Shown here piece by piece: positions 29,801 to 39,283 of a DNA stretch of 64,000 bases. The position numbers and the translations under genes were made by a program. The notes under the pieces were generated by a model. It was not told where the DNA came from. It was given only the letters and a program-made list of their open reading frames with translations, and ran no database searches. Origin of the DNA: Giardia intestinalis (taxonomy: Eukaryota). Within the stretch, counting starts at the first letter, position 1, and every line of letters starts with the position of its first letter. The stretch lies in assembly GCA_000002435.2 (NCBI GenBank), contig CM018790.1, one strand, 5' to 3'.

Positions 29801-32800
29801 TGTCCAGACACGCACAGATCACTCCCACTGGGCCACGCATGTAGGTGGCTAAGCGCTCAAAGTCTGTAGACGTCCTCACAACATGTGGTGACGACAATCG
29901 CGTGCCAGCAATGAGCATTGTACTCACCATGATCTGAAAATTGGAGCGGCTCACAAGCTTGGAAATGCGAGCTATGTTGGTAGTATCAAATATATCAATT
30001 TTTCTGTCATTGGAAAGAAGCTGACCCTGCCTTGCAAGCGTTGCAGATGCAAGCTTGAAGCTTAGTTCCAAGCAGTCATCCATTCCTAAGATTGATAAGA
30101 ATTTAGCCTTAAACAAATAATTATTGATGTCTTTAAGGGATACATGCTGCGGAATCATCAAACTATTCATCCCGTCTAAGTATGACGTATCTTGGCTGAT
30201 GTTGCTCTGATTCGTTATCGCAGTACTGAGGCGCCCTCTTTCCTCTTCATCAACGTCTGGGAAAAGCACACTAATACTATCTCCTACGACGCGGACCCTG
30301 TCGTTGGTCAAGACGCTAGAATCTTGACAGTTGGTTTCAGACTTTCTTTGCGGCTGGGTTAATGAAAGACTGATCTTACGGTCAGTATTTTGAAGACGTG
30401 GTCCGCTGCTGATAAGTGCCGATAACCCGTCGTCATCATCCTTGTCGATTCGACGCTGAATTTTGTACCCTTTGACCCTAGGCTTCTCCAGATCCCTATC
30501 TGCATCCAGAGGCTCGCCGTCAACAATATTAATTAGGAGATACTCCATCATGTCGTCGATATTATTGAAACCTTTGTGCGCAAGAGACTCCAGCTGCAGA
30601 AGAATTCGTCTGCTGAGGATTTCTACGAAGCCCTCGTTTTGAATTAACAGTTTAAAGTTCTTAATGGAGTAGTCATTTGCCACCTCCGACTTTTCCTCTG
30701 TCAGAAGAGCTGAGATTTGCGGTAGAATAGCAGGAGTCACCAGGGCATTCTGCGTCAGGATCTGGCCCTGGAGACCGCGTAAAGCCAACTGACGTCCGGC
30801 CTGAATGATGGCCTTCATCTTTGCATTTTCCTCCGGGATGTCAGAATAGGATATCGTGGTCCGGCCTTGCTGCGTGGCCTCTGTCTTCAAAGGCTTGCAG
30901 ACCTGTTTGTAGCGAGCCGTAATGTCATCTCTCCAGCTGTCCACAAGCCTTCTGATATTAACCATCGTTTTCTGCCGCTCCTTCGCCATAGAATATGTAT
31001 CCATGTACGAAAGAATGTGCTGCCTGTCCCGCTTGCTCAGATTCGTCCGGCTCTGGTGTGCATCATCGCTACCTTCTAGCCCAGCATCACTGCTGTTTAG
31101 ACGAGTTGATGGGTCGGTCTCATGCCTAGCATGCCTGTGCCTAACAAGCCTGAGAGAAGCAGGCCAGATAGAACCACCGCTTTCAGAAACAGCACCCGAG
31201 GTCAGGACCCGTGCTGATTGAGTAATCTGAACATTCGCTAAAAGAGGGTATTGGAACCCAATGGAAGCTCCAATTAAAGGAAAACTAAGAGTCGATTGAA
31301 GAGAGTCGTTAAACACCATCGGCATCGTAATTATTTTCTGTAAATCGGCCAAAGTGTCCAAGACAACAGTCATGTTGAGCATATCGTTGCAGTACTTGTT
31401 TATCAAATTAACAATATACAAAGATTCGAGTGAGGGGCTCTGAACTGGTACAGGAGAGAGAGGCGCACTCGAAAGCGTCTCCAATAAACTATAGACCCCG
31501 CACAGAATGTTCCCAAATATATAATTTGGATTTCCATTGCTATACCGAGCAGCTTTCCCGATAAATTCGGCTAATAGTGGGTTCTGTACCGGCTGCTTAG
31601 CATTCTTGTCCGAAGCGCCTGCTGCCTTCATACTGGTATTTGCAGATGTAGCACCCATAACGGTTGATCCCTGGTTCTGCCTGTTAGCCTTTCCACGTAG
31701 TTGTATGGGGGCTTCCATACCTGCAGAAGTGGGCCTGGATCGACCCACAGAAGCAGCATCGGATCCGTCTTCGCTACAAACACCGTTATTATATAGAGTT
31801 TCAAACTCATCCTCTTCTATGCCAGCCTGGCCGGCAACACCAGTCCAGCTAGACACAACCGGTGGGAAGAAGGCGGAAAAGATTGCCTCATCATATGGCA
31901 GTAATGGGTAGACACTATCGCAGGATGCATACTGGCAGACAGGGCTGAGTATGGAGCTAGCGTTGATCCGGGTATAACAGTACGCTGCAAGCGGTTCAGC
32001 AAAGGCCTGTCTTGTCTGCTGAAGTTGTGGGCGGGGACAGGGGAACCTATTGTACGGCTGGTCTGGGGCTTGTGTGTAATAAATAATTGACCTATTGAAG
32101 CCGTAGGATAGATTTGTCTGGGCACAGAAAGCCGTCATCCCTTGAGCATTACCTGCAAAGATAGAGTGTGTATTTGCTATTGGGACTAGGGGAGCAGTTG
32201 GCGGCTTCTTTTCAGATAAAATTGCCTTACTGGCAAGGAGATACTTTGCCTGCAAGGAGTAAGAAGGACGCAAGAGGATTTGGAGCATAAATTCGTTGGA
32301 TTTTTTTCCAGAATGGCTCTGCTTTAGTAGAGAACGTGTCCTGTTGTTCATGCAGATCAAGACAGTTCTACTCATTAGAAGATTTCGAGCTCCTAACAAG
32401 AAGGGTTCGAAGATCTCTGCCACAAACCGGACGGATGCTCCCTGAGAACGAGTACTACTACCTGCTGCATCTCTACTGGAGCTTGCACCCTTACTTTGAG
32501 GCCGAGGGGCTCTAGTATCGTCTATACTTATGGTGCTTGAATGAGAAGCCACATATTCCTCTATTCTTCTTGAGATGGATGCTGAGTAATTGTTCAGAAT
32601 TTCCTCCACATAGAGCGCATACTCTACCAAGCTTTCGTGCTGCCTCATAGCCGTGTGATCTGGGAAGGTCAACTGTGCAGCCGTGTCAGTTGAGCCAGCG
32701 ACATCGCGAACTAAAAGGTACTCTTGCAGGTCCATAGTGAGGCGATAAGCAAGGCCCTTTCCCCGATCCCTGAGTACACCGTGTGAGGACGCTGTGTGTC

Positions 32801-33908
32801 TGCTTGCTATGTCTGTACGGCCAGTGGAAAAGGCTCCAGAAAAGTTCGATTTTGACAGCGATAAATCAGTACTAACAGGCATGTAGGCCGTAACACCAGC
32901 AGCAAGCCTTTCAAATTTCTCAAGTGCTTGTTCTGACGTGAGGTCTGATTGGTCTTTCTTTGTGGCCTGGGCTGCTGGTTGAGCCAAGGAGGCTAGAGGA
33001 GCTTGCTTAACTCTACCTCCTCCACAAGTGCAATAGATCGCCGACCGCACTGTTCCGTCATCATCAGTTTCAACTGGTATGGTAAATTCCATGGTCCAAT
33101 TTGCACCGGGAATATTGTAAAGACCGTGAAAGTTAATAGCGTGGAACTGGAAGGTACCTATGGTGACATCTCTGGATTTGGTGTCCACAACACCCGTGGA
33201 TGCTGTGTTACTTAACATCTTTCTCAGAATAAAATCAGACATGGTTACAGTTACCGAAATACATGCATCTATCATGAAGTCTCCAGCTGTATCAGAGTCT
33301 CCAATGAGCACATCTCCAAACAATCCCAAAAGGCTATTTTTCAGGACAAATGTGGTCGAGTGAAGGAAAGAAAGCCCACCCGCAGTTGACAATGCTTTGA
33401 TAATGTGCTCTGACGTATCAATGCGCGCATGGGAAATCGGAATGCATAGAAGATCTACCTCTTCTGCTGGTTGGCCTTTGCTGCTAGGGGCGGCCTTTTT
33501 GGGGGCTAATAACGAGACACTTGATGCTGGAACAAGCACCAGCAGGTCAAGTCCGAGATGCATGTTAATCAGCCTAGTACAAATAGTGTCAATTGTGGCA
33601 GGATGGATGTTCATAGGAGACTTGATGGAGTCTATCTTTGCATGGAGCCCCATTCCATCCAAGATTTCCTCCGGAGAAAACGACATGCGAACGCTCGAAT
33701 CATTGGAAAAGGAAAGACAGGGGCATTCATTGTCGTGAGCATCTACATCCCTCTTTGGTATGGGCTTAAGTGTTGAGGGAGCCAAGATCGAGGGCAAGAG
33801 CAGGGAATCTTTACCACCGTAGTGAGTAGCAAGAAGATACTTTGGAGTTCCGCCAATCCTCAGATCTGGCAGCTGTGAGATGGAATGCAACTGAACGCAT
33901 ATCTCCAT
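26871..33908 (-). CDS. Very large hypothetical protein (2345 aa), probably helical-repeat rich
   Basis: Uninterrupted 7-kb ORF. ATG in the context ttaaaaaATGgag. No catalytic motif recognised. Confidence 0.75.
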   Translation of the reverse strand: MEICVQLHSISQLPDLRIGGTPKYLLATHYGGKDSLLLPSILAPSTLKPIPKRDVDAHDNECPCLSFSNDSSVRMSFSPEEILDGMGLHAKIDSIKSPMNIHPATIDTICTRLINMHLGLDLLVLVPASSVSLLAPKKAAPSSKGQPAEEVDLLCIPISHARIDTSEHIIKALSTAGGLSFLHSTTFVLKNSLLGLFGDVLIGDSDTAGDFMIDACISVTVTMSDFILRKMLSNTASTGVVDTKSRDVTIGTFQFHAINFHGLYNIPGANWTMEFTIPVETDDDGTVRSAIYCTCGGGRVKQAPLASLAQPAAQATKKDQSDLTSEQALEKFERLAAGVTAYMPVSTDLSLSKSNFSGAFSTGRTDIASRHTASSHGVLRDRGKGLAYRLTMDLQEYLLVRDVAGSTDTAAQLTFPDHTAMRQHESLVEYALYVEEILNNYSASISRRIEEYVASHSSTISIDDTRAPRPQSKGASSSRDAAGSSTRSQGASVRFVAEIFEPFLLGARNLLMSRTVLICMNNRTRSLLKQSHSGKKSNEFMLQILLRPSYSLQAKYLLASKAILSEKKPPTAPLVPIANTHSIFAGNAQGMTAFCAQTNLSYGFNRSIIYYTQAPDQPYNRFPCPRPQLQQTRQAFAEPLAAYCYTRINASSILSPVCQYASCDSVYPLLPYDEAIFSAFFPPVVSSWTGVAGQAGIEEDEFETLYNNGVCSEDGSDAASVGRSRPTSAGMEAPIQLRGKANRQNQGSTVMGATSANTSMKAAGASDKNAKQPVQNPLLAEFIGKAARYSNGNPNYIFGNILCGVYSLLETLSSAPLSPVPVQSPSLESLYIVNLINKYCNDMLNMTVVLDTLADLQKIITMPMVFNDSLQSTLSFPLIGASIGFQYPLLANVQITQSARVLTSGAVSESGGSIWPASLRLVRHRHARHETDPSTRLNSSDAGLEGSDDAHQSRTNLSKRDRQHILSYMDTYSMAKERQKTMVNIRRLVDSWRDDITARYKQVCKPLKTEATQQGRTTISYSDIPEENAKMKAIIQAGRQLALRGLQGQILTQNALVTPAILPQISALLTEEKSEVANDYSIKNFKLLIQNEGFVEILSRRILLQLESLAHKGFNNIDDMMEYLLINIVDGEPLDADRDLEKPRVKGYKIQRRIDKDDDDGLSALISSGPRLQNTDRKISLSLTQPQRKSETNCQDSSVLTNDRVRVVGDSISVLFPDVDEEERGRLSTAITNQSNISQDTSYLDGMNSLMIPQHVSLKDINNYLFKAKFLSILGMDDCLELSFKLASATLARQGQLLSNDRKIDIFDTTNIARISKLVSRSNFQIMVSTMLIAGTRLSSPHVVRTSTDFERLATYMRGPVGVICACLDSEQSMQLLGTDSCLLALAITKTLFKSAIGTSDTSQKRQGKRGKIVVPLGYDYSEQLLVSALLAYDNFMKYLISKVAGYNVEEVHVWTKNDTQSTVATKLRERKYNKEDVDSMMEILKITPIRNYYSKQFNDLLEGEANTHVVKLPKDATKITAFPSNESIAGSIAGSVAISLYDRQPKRIGDDVSEVGSTLRRNAAGMSATTSVMSGLSGLASEKKAKAISPELQAELDAMPFYNVPGDGVYAYPPFWAMGAYIFVLWSMKLMDARHIARALQTSFRRYIELKQEQYKDDVYFQEHGKRRKTMKDFADDSIGSDVDSGKSCDTTISVDADLVAGVSPSGNNLSCNTTSMNIHGTNDVHPSPSLSRLSFEDLKNYKSLKMQKSNYAKQVSINHYSAIQEYLKSDTLDGGMFAPLPYRFKSNAEFMEYVLDSTLPENDKFANPNDPASKNIMRLCAFLSLAEWLSLRGETVISTYATSLADHILKIMITSGTAASDSPFFLHQQLRGIIISMRNMLYERRYAPALEFADSVLRGSLGPALIPKVKACPAFLYLRARIITNMNISLLMKAYDPTTIQASGQLEQSSQYGLSTMLSNDSTRALLNETSRMAIQAYQLASRSKQGGRDDFFRGSTSTYDSYLPVEFLYTIALILFSSINIVGVIRSIFASTSVKSKEASSEEVKQKVDLMFTEVPKYQDTRSNAVDEDDRNMDTLNDFTSLLPLPKPTYSRQPYDITSDATSTQMMYMREQYNANKLIKVQQLKDSKEPVKMSVDLLKELKARAKEIVVDAGGDTELLTSDSRNNSPGHGVVASSANIASMMQQKIQDTTAVDFDNTIAALASATITNRTLTPERTQKDVSRALILASSALKNLILKYPHLGQAWASFSLTQLAMGNVVESRLSSSIATLLAPEAIESWISWVCCELQEIHGIKSSNGTVNQSRIAEVRNYMRQIEAMGVLYTMLRVVWVDICQFASEVLK

Positions 33909-33998
33909 TTTTTAAAGAGATTCTAGATTTCTGGGAATGCTTGCCAGCCGCCCTTGTCTGCTTGATATGATCGTAATCTAACGCTACTACATGATGGC

Positions 33999-35300
33999 TT
34001 AGTCTATCTTGAGCATAACAACCTTAAAAGAGAAGTATTTTCGCAGAAATTCGAGGTAGTCTTTGATCTGGTATTCCACAGATTTCATGGGCATAATTAG
34101 ATCAGCAGCTCTCTTAGCATCATTACGTATCTCCTCGGGAACATCTGGTACAGATTCACATATGAAGTAGAAGAGGGTGTCCCTTATCAATGCTAGCTTA
34201 ATACCTACTTGGGGGTCTCTTAGGGCCAAAGCAGACGCTATGGCAGCATAAGCATCCTCTCGTGTAGTGTTTAAGGAGATGGAGTGCCTCTGCGCATAGA
34301 GAAGGACACCTTCCACCACACAAAACACCGCGATAACTTCTGGTTCACAGAGGAGATAACTGTCTGTTAATCTAGTAGCTGTTAGCACAAACTCCAGCTC
34401 CGTTTCAATCAGATTATACGTAATCACTGTCTCAGGATCGTGTCCCAGCTTAATCCTAGCACTTTGAAGGGTGGAAGAAATGAATTCATCGTCTATGTAA
34501 TCATCCGCAAGAACACAATAGACTGAAAAATCTAGCTTTTGGAGCAGATATAGTTCATGCTTTTTCATGGTGCGATAAATTTCGCTGAACAGTTCTCCAG
34601 TCTTTTTGTTGAGATCCCTGAGCTTGATGTCCTTCACCGGGTCATCTGCACGGATGCCGCAGGCTTCCTCTAAGTACGGACTGTCTGTGATGTACCGTGA
34701 GTCATAGAGCCTTGGGACATACGTCTCCCGGCGCTGAAAGCAGTCACAAGAACCTATCTTGAAGCTGAGAAGAATGCTTATCAAAAGCGGAGACAGTGGG
34801 TGGATCAGGGAGACGACAAGAAAACACGTCATTCGCCGGGCTAGAACCTCCGCTGTCTTCACCTGGTAATAGAGAAAAGACTTGTGCAGAATGTCCGAGT
34901 TGAAGGCCGAGAACCGCTGAGTCATGCGGTTATAGGCCGTCTGTATCTCTGGGTACTTTCTAACGCCTTGCGTGATAAACTGTCGAGCGAATACAGATAG
35001 AGCTATAACTTCGTTAAAGTCACAAGCCACCACAAACCGGCCCAAATTCTTTGCTTTCTCGTTATTCAGATCGCAAAGGGCGAGAGCAATGGTCTGATAG
35101 GGATTAATGATTTGACTGGAGATCATATAGTTCGCAAAGCTTAACGGAGCGTTCTTCAGAGGGTACTCACTCTGCCGGTAGCGCAGAGAATTGGTCAGGA
35201 CAGGGCCTGATGTGTATGCAGCTCTCCTTGCCGCCTGCAGCACTTCAGGTGAAGAAAACAGCCACCGCTGACATTGGGATGTATCGCTGAATTGAGGCAT
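33999..35300 (-). CDS. Hypothetical protein (433 aa)
   Basis: Clean ORF with ATG in the context cgaaaATG. No confident homology. Confidence 0.65.
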   Translation of the reverse strand: MPQFSDTSQCQRWLFSSPEVLQAARRAAYTSGPVLTNSLRYRQSEYPLKNAPLSFANYMISSQIINPYQTIALALCDLNNEKAKNLGRFVVACDFNEVIALSVFARQFITQGVRKYPEIQTAYNRMTQRFSAFNSDILHKSFLYYQVKTAEVLARRMTCFLVVSLIHPLSPLLISILLSFKIGSCDCFQRRETYVPRLYDSRYITDSPYLEEACGIRADDPVKDIKLRDLNKKTGELFSEIYRTMKKHELYLLQKLDFSVYCVLADDYIDDEFISSTLQSARIKLGHDPETVITYNLIETELEFVLTATRLTDSYLLCEPEVIAVFCVVEGVLLYAQRHSISLNTTREDAYAAIASALALRDPQVGIKLALIRDTLFYFICESVPDVPEEIRNDAKRAADLIMPMKSVEYQIKDYLEFLRKYFSFKVVMLKID

Positions 35301-35519
35301 TTTCGATTTGGGCGGCTATTGCGACAACGCGGTAATCTGAAGAGTCCAGCAAGCATGGTAGTCACTGCAAGACACCACGGACCTAGTAGTTGGATTGGTG
35401 AGCCAGATTACAAGTCCAACTATCATGTTTACACCTACTATAGTCTAGTGCAACAAAGCATGAAATCCAAAGTATTTGGCAACTATAATCTTCATAAATG
35501 TGTACGTGCGTAAGAGACT

Positions 35520-36359
35520 TTAGCGTTTGAACTTCCCTCCCCCAGTAACCTTTTCTTTCGACGTTGCCGAGGCCTTATACTTATTTATTCTCCCTGCGCC
35601 GCTGTCATCCTTGCGAAGATGACTGAATTGCCTATAGACAAAAGTATCCTTATCAAGGGTTATAGGATCGTTCTTCTTACGCTCGGAGTACTTCCTGTTG
35701 AAGTCTTTGCGCCCGCTATACTTTATGTTCTTTCCAATCCGCCTTCGCCGTCGTTCGCTGACATATTTCTTCTCCACATCCTCTAGGCTTGGCAGATTAT
35801 CCTCTGCGATACCTTGCTTCTTAAGCTGAATGCGCTCCTCCTTCCACCTTCTAATTACTTCCTTCTGTGCCTTTTCAGATTGAATCTTCGATCGGTTCTT
35901 CTCGTGCTTAAGTTGTTTGCTCAGCTTCCGCTGGAGACGCAGGTTCCTGGCCCTTTCCTTCTCCAGTTTGGCGTCTTCAATGGCTTTCCGTTGGCCCTCT
36001 ACGCGCTTCATAATCTCTTCTGGTCGATACATTTCTGACACAAAACCCGGAGGAGGGAAAAATGGAACGTCGAGCTTACGGAACGCAGCTCGTGCTTGAC
36101 CGACAGCTGCAAACGCTTGGTCGTGAATAGCTGCCTCGCGAGCCTCATATAGATCGTCCTCCGAGTCGGCCTCCTGCCTATCAGTCTCGGACAGACGCTG
36201 CGCCAAGGCATCTATTCCCTTAGCTGTCACAGCCATATAATCCAGGAAGTACTCATTCCGGGGTAAGATTGCATGCAAGGCGACCTTTAGGTCCTCGGAG
36301 GATTTCACGACGCCAGGGTCTCGGGCATCCCCGGCCAGGTCGTCCTTCTCCGACTGCAT
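35520..36359 (-). CDS. Hypothetical basic K/R/E-rich coiled-coil protein (possibly nucleolar or ribosome-biogenesis)
   Basis: 279 aa. ATG in the context acaataaATG. Highly charged C-terminal half (KLEKERARNLRLQRKLSKQLKHEKNRSKIQSEKAQKEVIRRWKEERIQLKK). Confidence 0.6.
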   Translation of the reverse strand: MQSEKDDLAGDARDPGVVKSSEDLKVALHAILPRNEYFLDYMAVTAKGIDALAQRLSETDRQEADSEDDLYEAREAAIHDQAFAAVGQARAAFRKLDVPFFPPPGFVSEMYRPEEIMKRVEGQRKAIEDAKLEKERARNLRLQRKLSKQLKHEKNRSKIQSEKAQKEVIRRWKEERIQLKKQGIAEDNLPSLEDVEKKYVSERRRRRIGKNIKYSGRKDFNRKYSERKKNDPITLDKDTFVYRQFSHLRKDDSGAGRINKYKASATSKEKVTGGGKFKR

Positions 36360-36498
36360 TTATTGTTCGGTGCTCGTTTTTTTGCAATGTTGAACTGAAA
36401 GGTTAAAAGTTGTGTTTTCAGTTAAAAATTTCAAAAATGAAAAAGCGGTCGCGGACTCTGCAATTCAAGTGGCGCAAATAGTTTCTTGACAATAAAAA

Positions 36499-37185
36499 AT
36501 GAGCATGCGCATACCCCCGACGCTCAGCAAGGATCATCTCACGGGAACGATGGACGTGATTCGCAAGAATGGATCGGTCTTCGTTAGGCCGAATTCTGTC
36601 TGCGGCACCCCGTGCGGGACGCAGGGAGTCGACGATCTTCGCGCAACATGTAAGCCTACAACGTGCTTCTATCGGACGCCTCTTTCCACTTACACAGATG
36701 ACTTCAGGCCTTACCCCAGAGACGATGCATATCAGAGATTCTACGACAGCCTGCGCTGCCCCACACTCAGTACACTCACCCACAAGCAGAGGATGATTGG
36801 AGATAACACAACGACATATGAGGCTGCGTACCAGCCGATGGACGGAACAAGCGGCTCCTTGCCTTCCCTGCGCTTCGGAGTGAAGTGCGGCACGATGACA
36901 TGTCCGCCCGGCACAAAACCGATGACCGTAGGGGGCTGCAGGAACGGTTGCCCGAATCCTCAGAGCCAAAGCTCGATAGATCTTGATAGAAAGTGCATTG
37001 CAGATGGTAATCTGTGCTCTAGCAGTAGATGGAAATCCACTTATACCAAAGATTATTGTGAGGGCATGACTTCGTATCCTGTCGGCTTCAATCACCAGGG
37101 AATCAGTCAGCATTTCACTCAGTTCCTGAACAGCGGCAAATGGGGCACCGGAAAGATTGAGCGGGCGGTCGAAACACTTCACTAG
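36499..37185 (+). CDS. Hypothetical protein (228 aa)
   Basis: ATG in the strongly A-rich initiator aataaaaaATG. It overlaps the antisense ORF 36418..37182, which lacks such a context and is judged a shadow. Confidence 0.5.
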   Translation: MSMRIPPTLSKDHLTGTMDVIRKNGSVFVRPNSVCGTPCGTQGVDDLRATCKPTTCFYRTPLSTYTDDFRPYPRDDAYQRFYDSLRCPTLSTLTHKQRMIGDNTTTYEAAYQPMDGTSGSLPSLRFGVKCGTMTCPPGTKPMTVGGCRNGCPNPQSQSSIDLDRKCIADGNLCSSSRWKSTYTKDYCEGMTSYPVGFNHQGISQHFTQFLNSGKWGTGKIERAVETLH

Positions 37186-37314
37186 CCTGTTTAGTCGTTC
37201 CCGGTCGGAAAGATAGTTAGTTTGGGCAAACTAACTTGATTTAAAGTAAATCTGCGAAATCTGTGAAACAGATCGAGGATAGATTTCTAGGTATGTCGCC
37301 CTGGGTGGGTTTGT

Positions 37315-39147
37315 TCACTTGTAGGCAAGGAGAAGGCGTGAGACTTCGTTGCTTGTGGCGTCGTCCAGGAGATCGCGGCACTGTAGCTCGGCCAAGTCCT
37401 CCGTAACAAGCTCAAATTTCTCGACATAGATGCTGGGGTCGTAGGCCAAAATGGTGGCAAAAATAAATATACAATGGGGCAAAATATAATTGCGATGACT
37501 CCATTTCATGTTCATAGATCGCTTGACAACAGATGCGCAAGCATTCCAAAGGTTGTCTTCATGACGGTCAAGAAATTCGGACTGGTCTTGTAGACTTAGA
37601 TGGTAGAGAATGTTGTGAATGGCCAGAAAGGAGTTTCTGCAGAACAGCAGGATGGATGACTGGAGCCCAAGAATAAAGTAGGAAACCAGATCTGAACAAA
37701 TGAAGACGTGTGCATGCGTTGTGGCTAGATTGCTGCAAATCCAGAAAATCCCTGCTACCACATGCATTGCAGATGAATTAGACGCCTCCATGTCTCCGTC
37801 CAGGAGGGTGGTAACAACGTTGAGGAACGCATGCAATAAGTTCCTAGACAAAATGACATCCAAATCCTCGTTGGAGAGTGCATTCAGGATGCTCCCGAGG
37901 CTCTTGATAAGAATATGCACTACACCGGCAGCATACGTTATCGGAAGGTCGTAGATTGCATTGAGAAGAACGTCCATGATGTGGGTGTGGGCGTACACAT
38001 TTCGACAGATATACTCCCGCGCCCTGACATTCTCTGCGTCGCAAAAAAAAGTCATGGCCCAGGCCAGGTAGATGAGTTGCTTGTTTAAATAGAAGAGCTC
38101 GAGATTGGGCTCCAGGCCCTTCAGCGCATTCTTGTGATCGATCCACGATTCGTGTGTACCCTCTACTAACCCACGAATCTGAACTTCGTCAAACCAGAGG
38201 GGGGTGGAAATGTTAAATAGATATAACAGTATCTCGACCACCAGGGGAAGAAGTTGCAAACAGGTCTGGTAGGTTGGATTGTCTAGCTCTGTGTCCTTCT
38301 TGGTGTAGACCAATGCTGCATTAGATAGAAACCAAAAGGAATTTGTTCTATAAATAAATGTCGCTGGTATCGATCCGGTGGGAATATTTTTGCACATTTC
38401 AAAAATAATTGGGCAAAATCCATTCAAAATTTGCTGGACAAGCTTGTGAGAGATATCTTTAGTCGAGATGCTGTTGGCAATCAATTGAATGATGGTTTCG
38501 TACACTAGTACATTGAGTGCCTTGTACTTGTCCTCCACCTGGACCACCTGATTGAGGACTAGAAGGAAGAGATCCACATCTGGCGCTCGAACGAAATAGA
38601 GCTCGAGCTCCATGAGATAATATATGTTGATGATTGCTAGGTAGAGCAGATTGAGATCTGCCTCCGTCTGTTGCCTATAAACCTCGCAGGATTGGGTCTG
38701 CTTAGATTGAGAGACAGAGCTTATTATTCCAAACAAGGATTCTATGAGTTTTTCTATCCGTGGCCTAGAAAAGCATCGCAATCTAGTGGGTGCGGTAGTA
38801 GACCGGGAGAGATCACTCACTATGGTGTACAGTATGTCTCTAATTTGCGACAACGCCTCCAGGCACTGACTGGCAGATTCTTGGCCAAAATACAGTGGAA
38901 TAGGTGGAAATAAGATTTCTTCGTCGCTTGGTTTCGGACAAGCGTCGTTGCCAGCGCTCCTGTTGCTCTTGTGCGAGTAATTGTTAACCTTGTTAGCCTT
39001 GTCGACTGCATCACTAACTTTAATTGAGAGGTCCAGGCCCGAGAGAAGCCTGCGCTGCGATTGATACTCCAAGTCTCTTCTATCTTTTAAGAAGATGGTT
39101 CTAGCACTGGAGCCAGCCACTTCTCTAGTTTGAGGGGCGCTGATCAT
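37315..39147 (-). CDS. Hypothetical protein (610 aa), helical-repeat-like
   Basis: Clean ORF with ATG start. No recognised domain. Confidence 0.65.
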   Translation of the reverse strand: MISAPQTREVAGSSARTIFLKDRRDLEYQSQRRLLSGLDLSIKVSDAVDKANKVNNYSHKSNRSAGNDACPKPSDEEILFPPIPLYFGQESASQCLEALSQIRDILYTIVSDLSRSTTAPTRLRCFSRPRIEKLIESLFGIISSVSQSKQTQSCEVYRQQTEADLNLLYLAIINIYYLMELELYFVRAPDVDLFLLVLNQVVQVEDKYKALNVLVYETIIQLIANSISTKDISHKLVQQILNGFCPIIFEMCKNIPTGSIPATFIYRTNSFWFLSNAALVYTKKDTELDNPTYQTCLQLLPLVVEILLYLFNISTPLWFDEVQIRGLVEGTHESWIDHKNALKGLEPNLELFYLNKQLIYLAWAMTFFCDAENVRAREYICRNVYAHTHIMDVLLNAIYDLPITYAAGVVHILIKSLGSILNALSNEDLDVILSRNLLHAFLNVVTTLLDGDMEASNSSAMHVVAGIFWICSNLATTHAHVFICSDLVSYFILGLQSSILLFCRNSFLAIHNILYHLSLQDQSEFLDRHEDNLWNACASVVKRSMNMKWSHRNYILPHCIFIFATILAYDPSIYVEKFELVTEDLAELQCRDLLDDATSNEVSRLLLAYK

Positions 39148-39283
39148 CGGCTCTTGACTCTGCTGCTTTGGCGCGTTAAAAGATTAAAAGATAGATTTCC
39201 AGAATAAATTTCCAAAAGACAACCATCAACAGCTTCCGTGCGCATTTACAGTTACAGATAAAGGAGGCTGGTGTGCCGGAAAA

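Noticed and set aside
36418-37182. 254-aa minus-strand ORF exactly antisense to gene 36499..37185
   Set aside because: The plus-strand ORF has a canonical A-rich initiator (aataaaaaATG). The minus ORF has none and has a Cys/Arg-rich odd composition.
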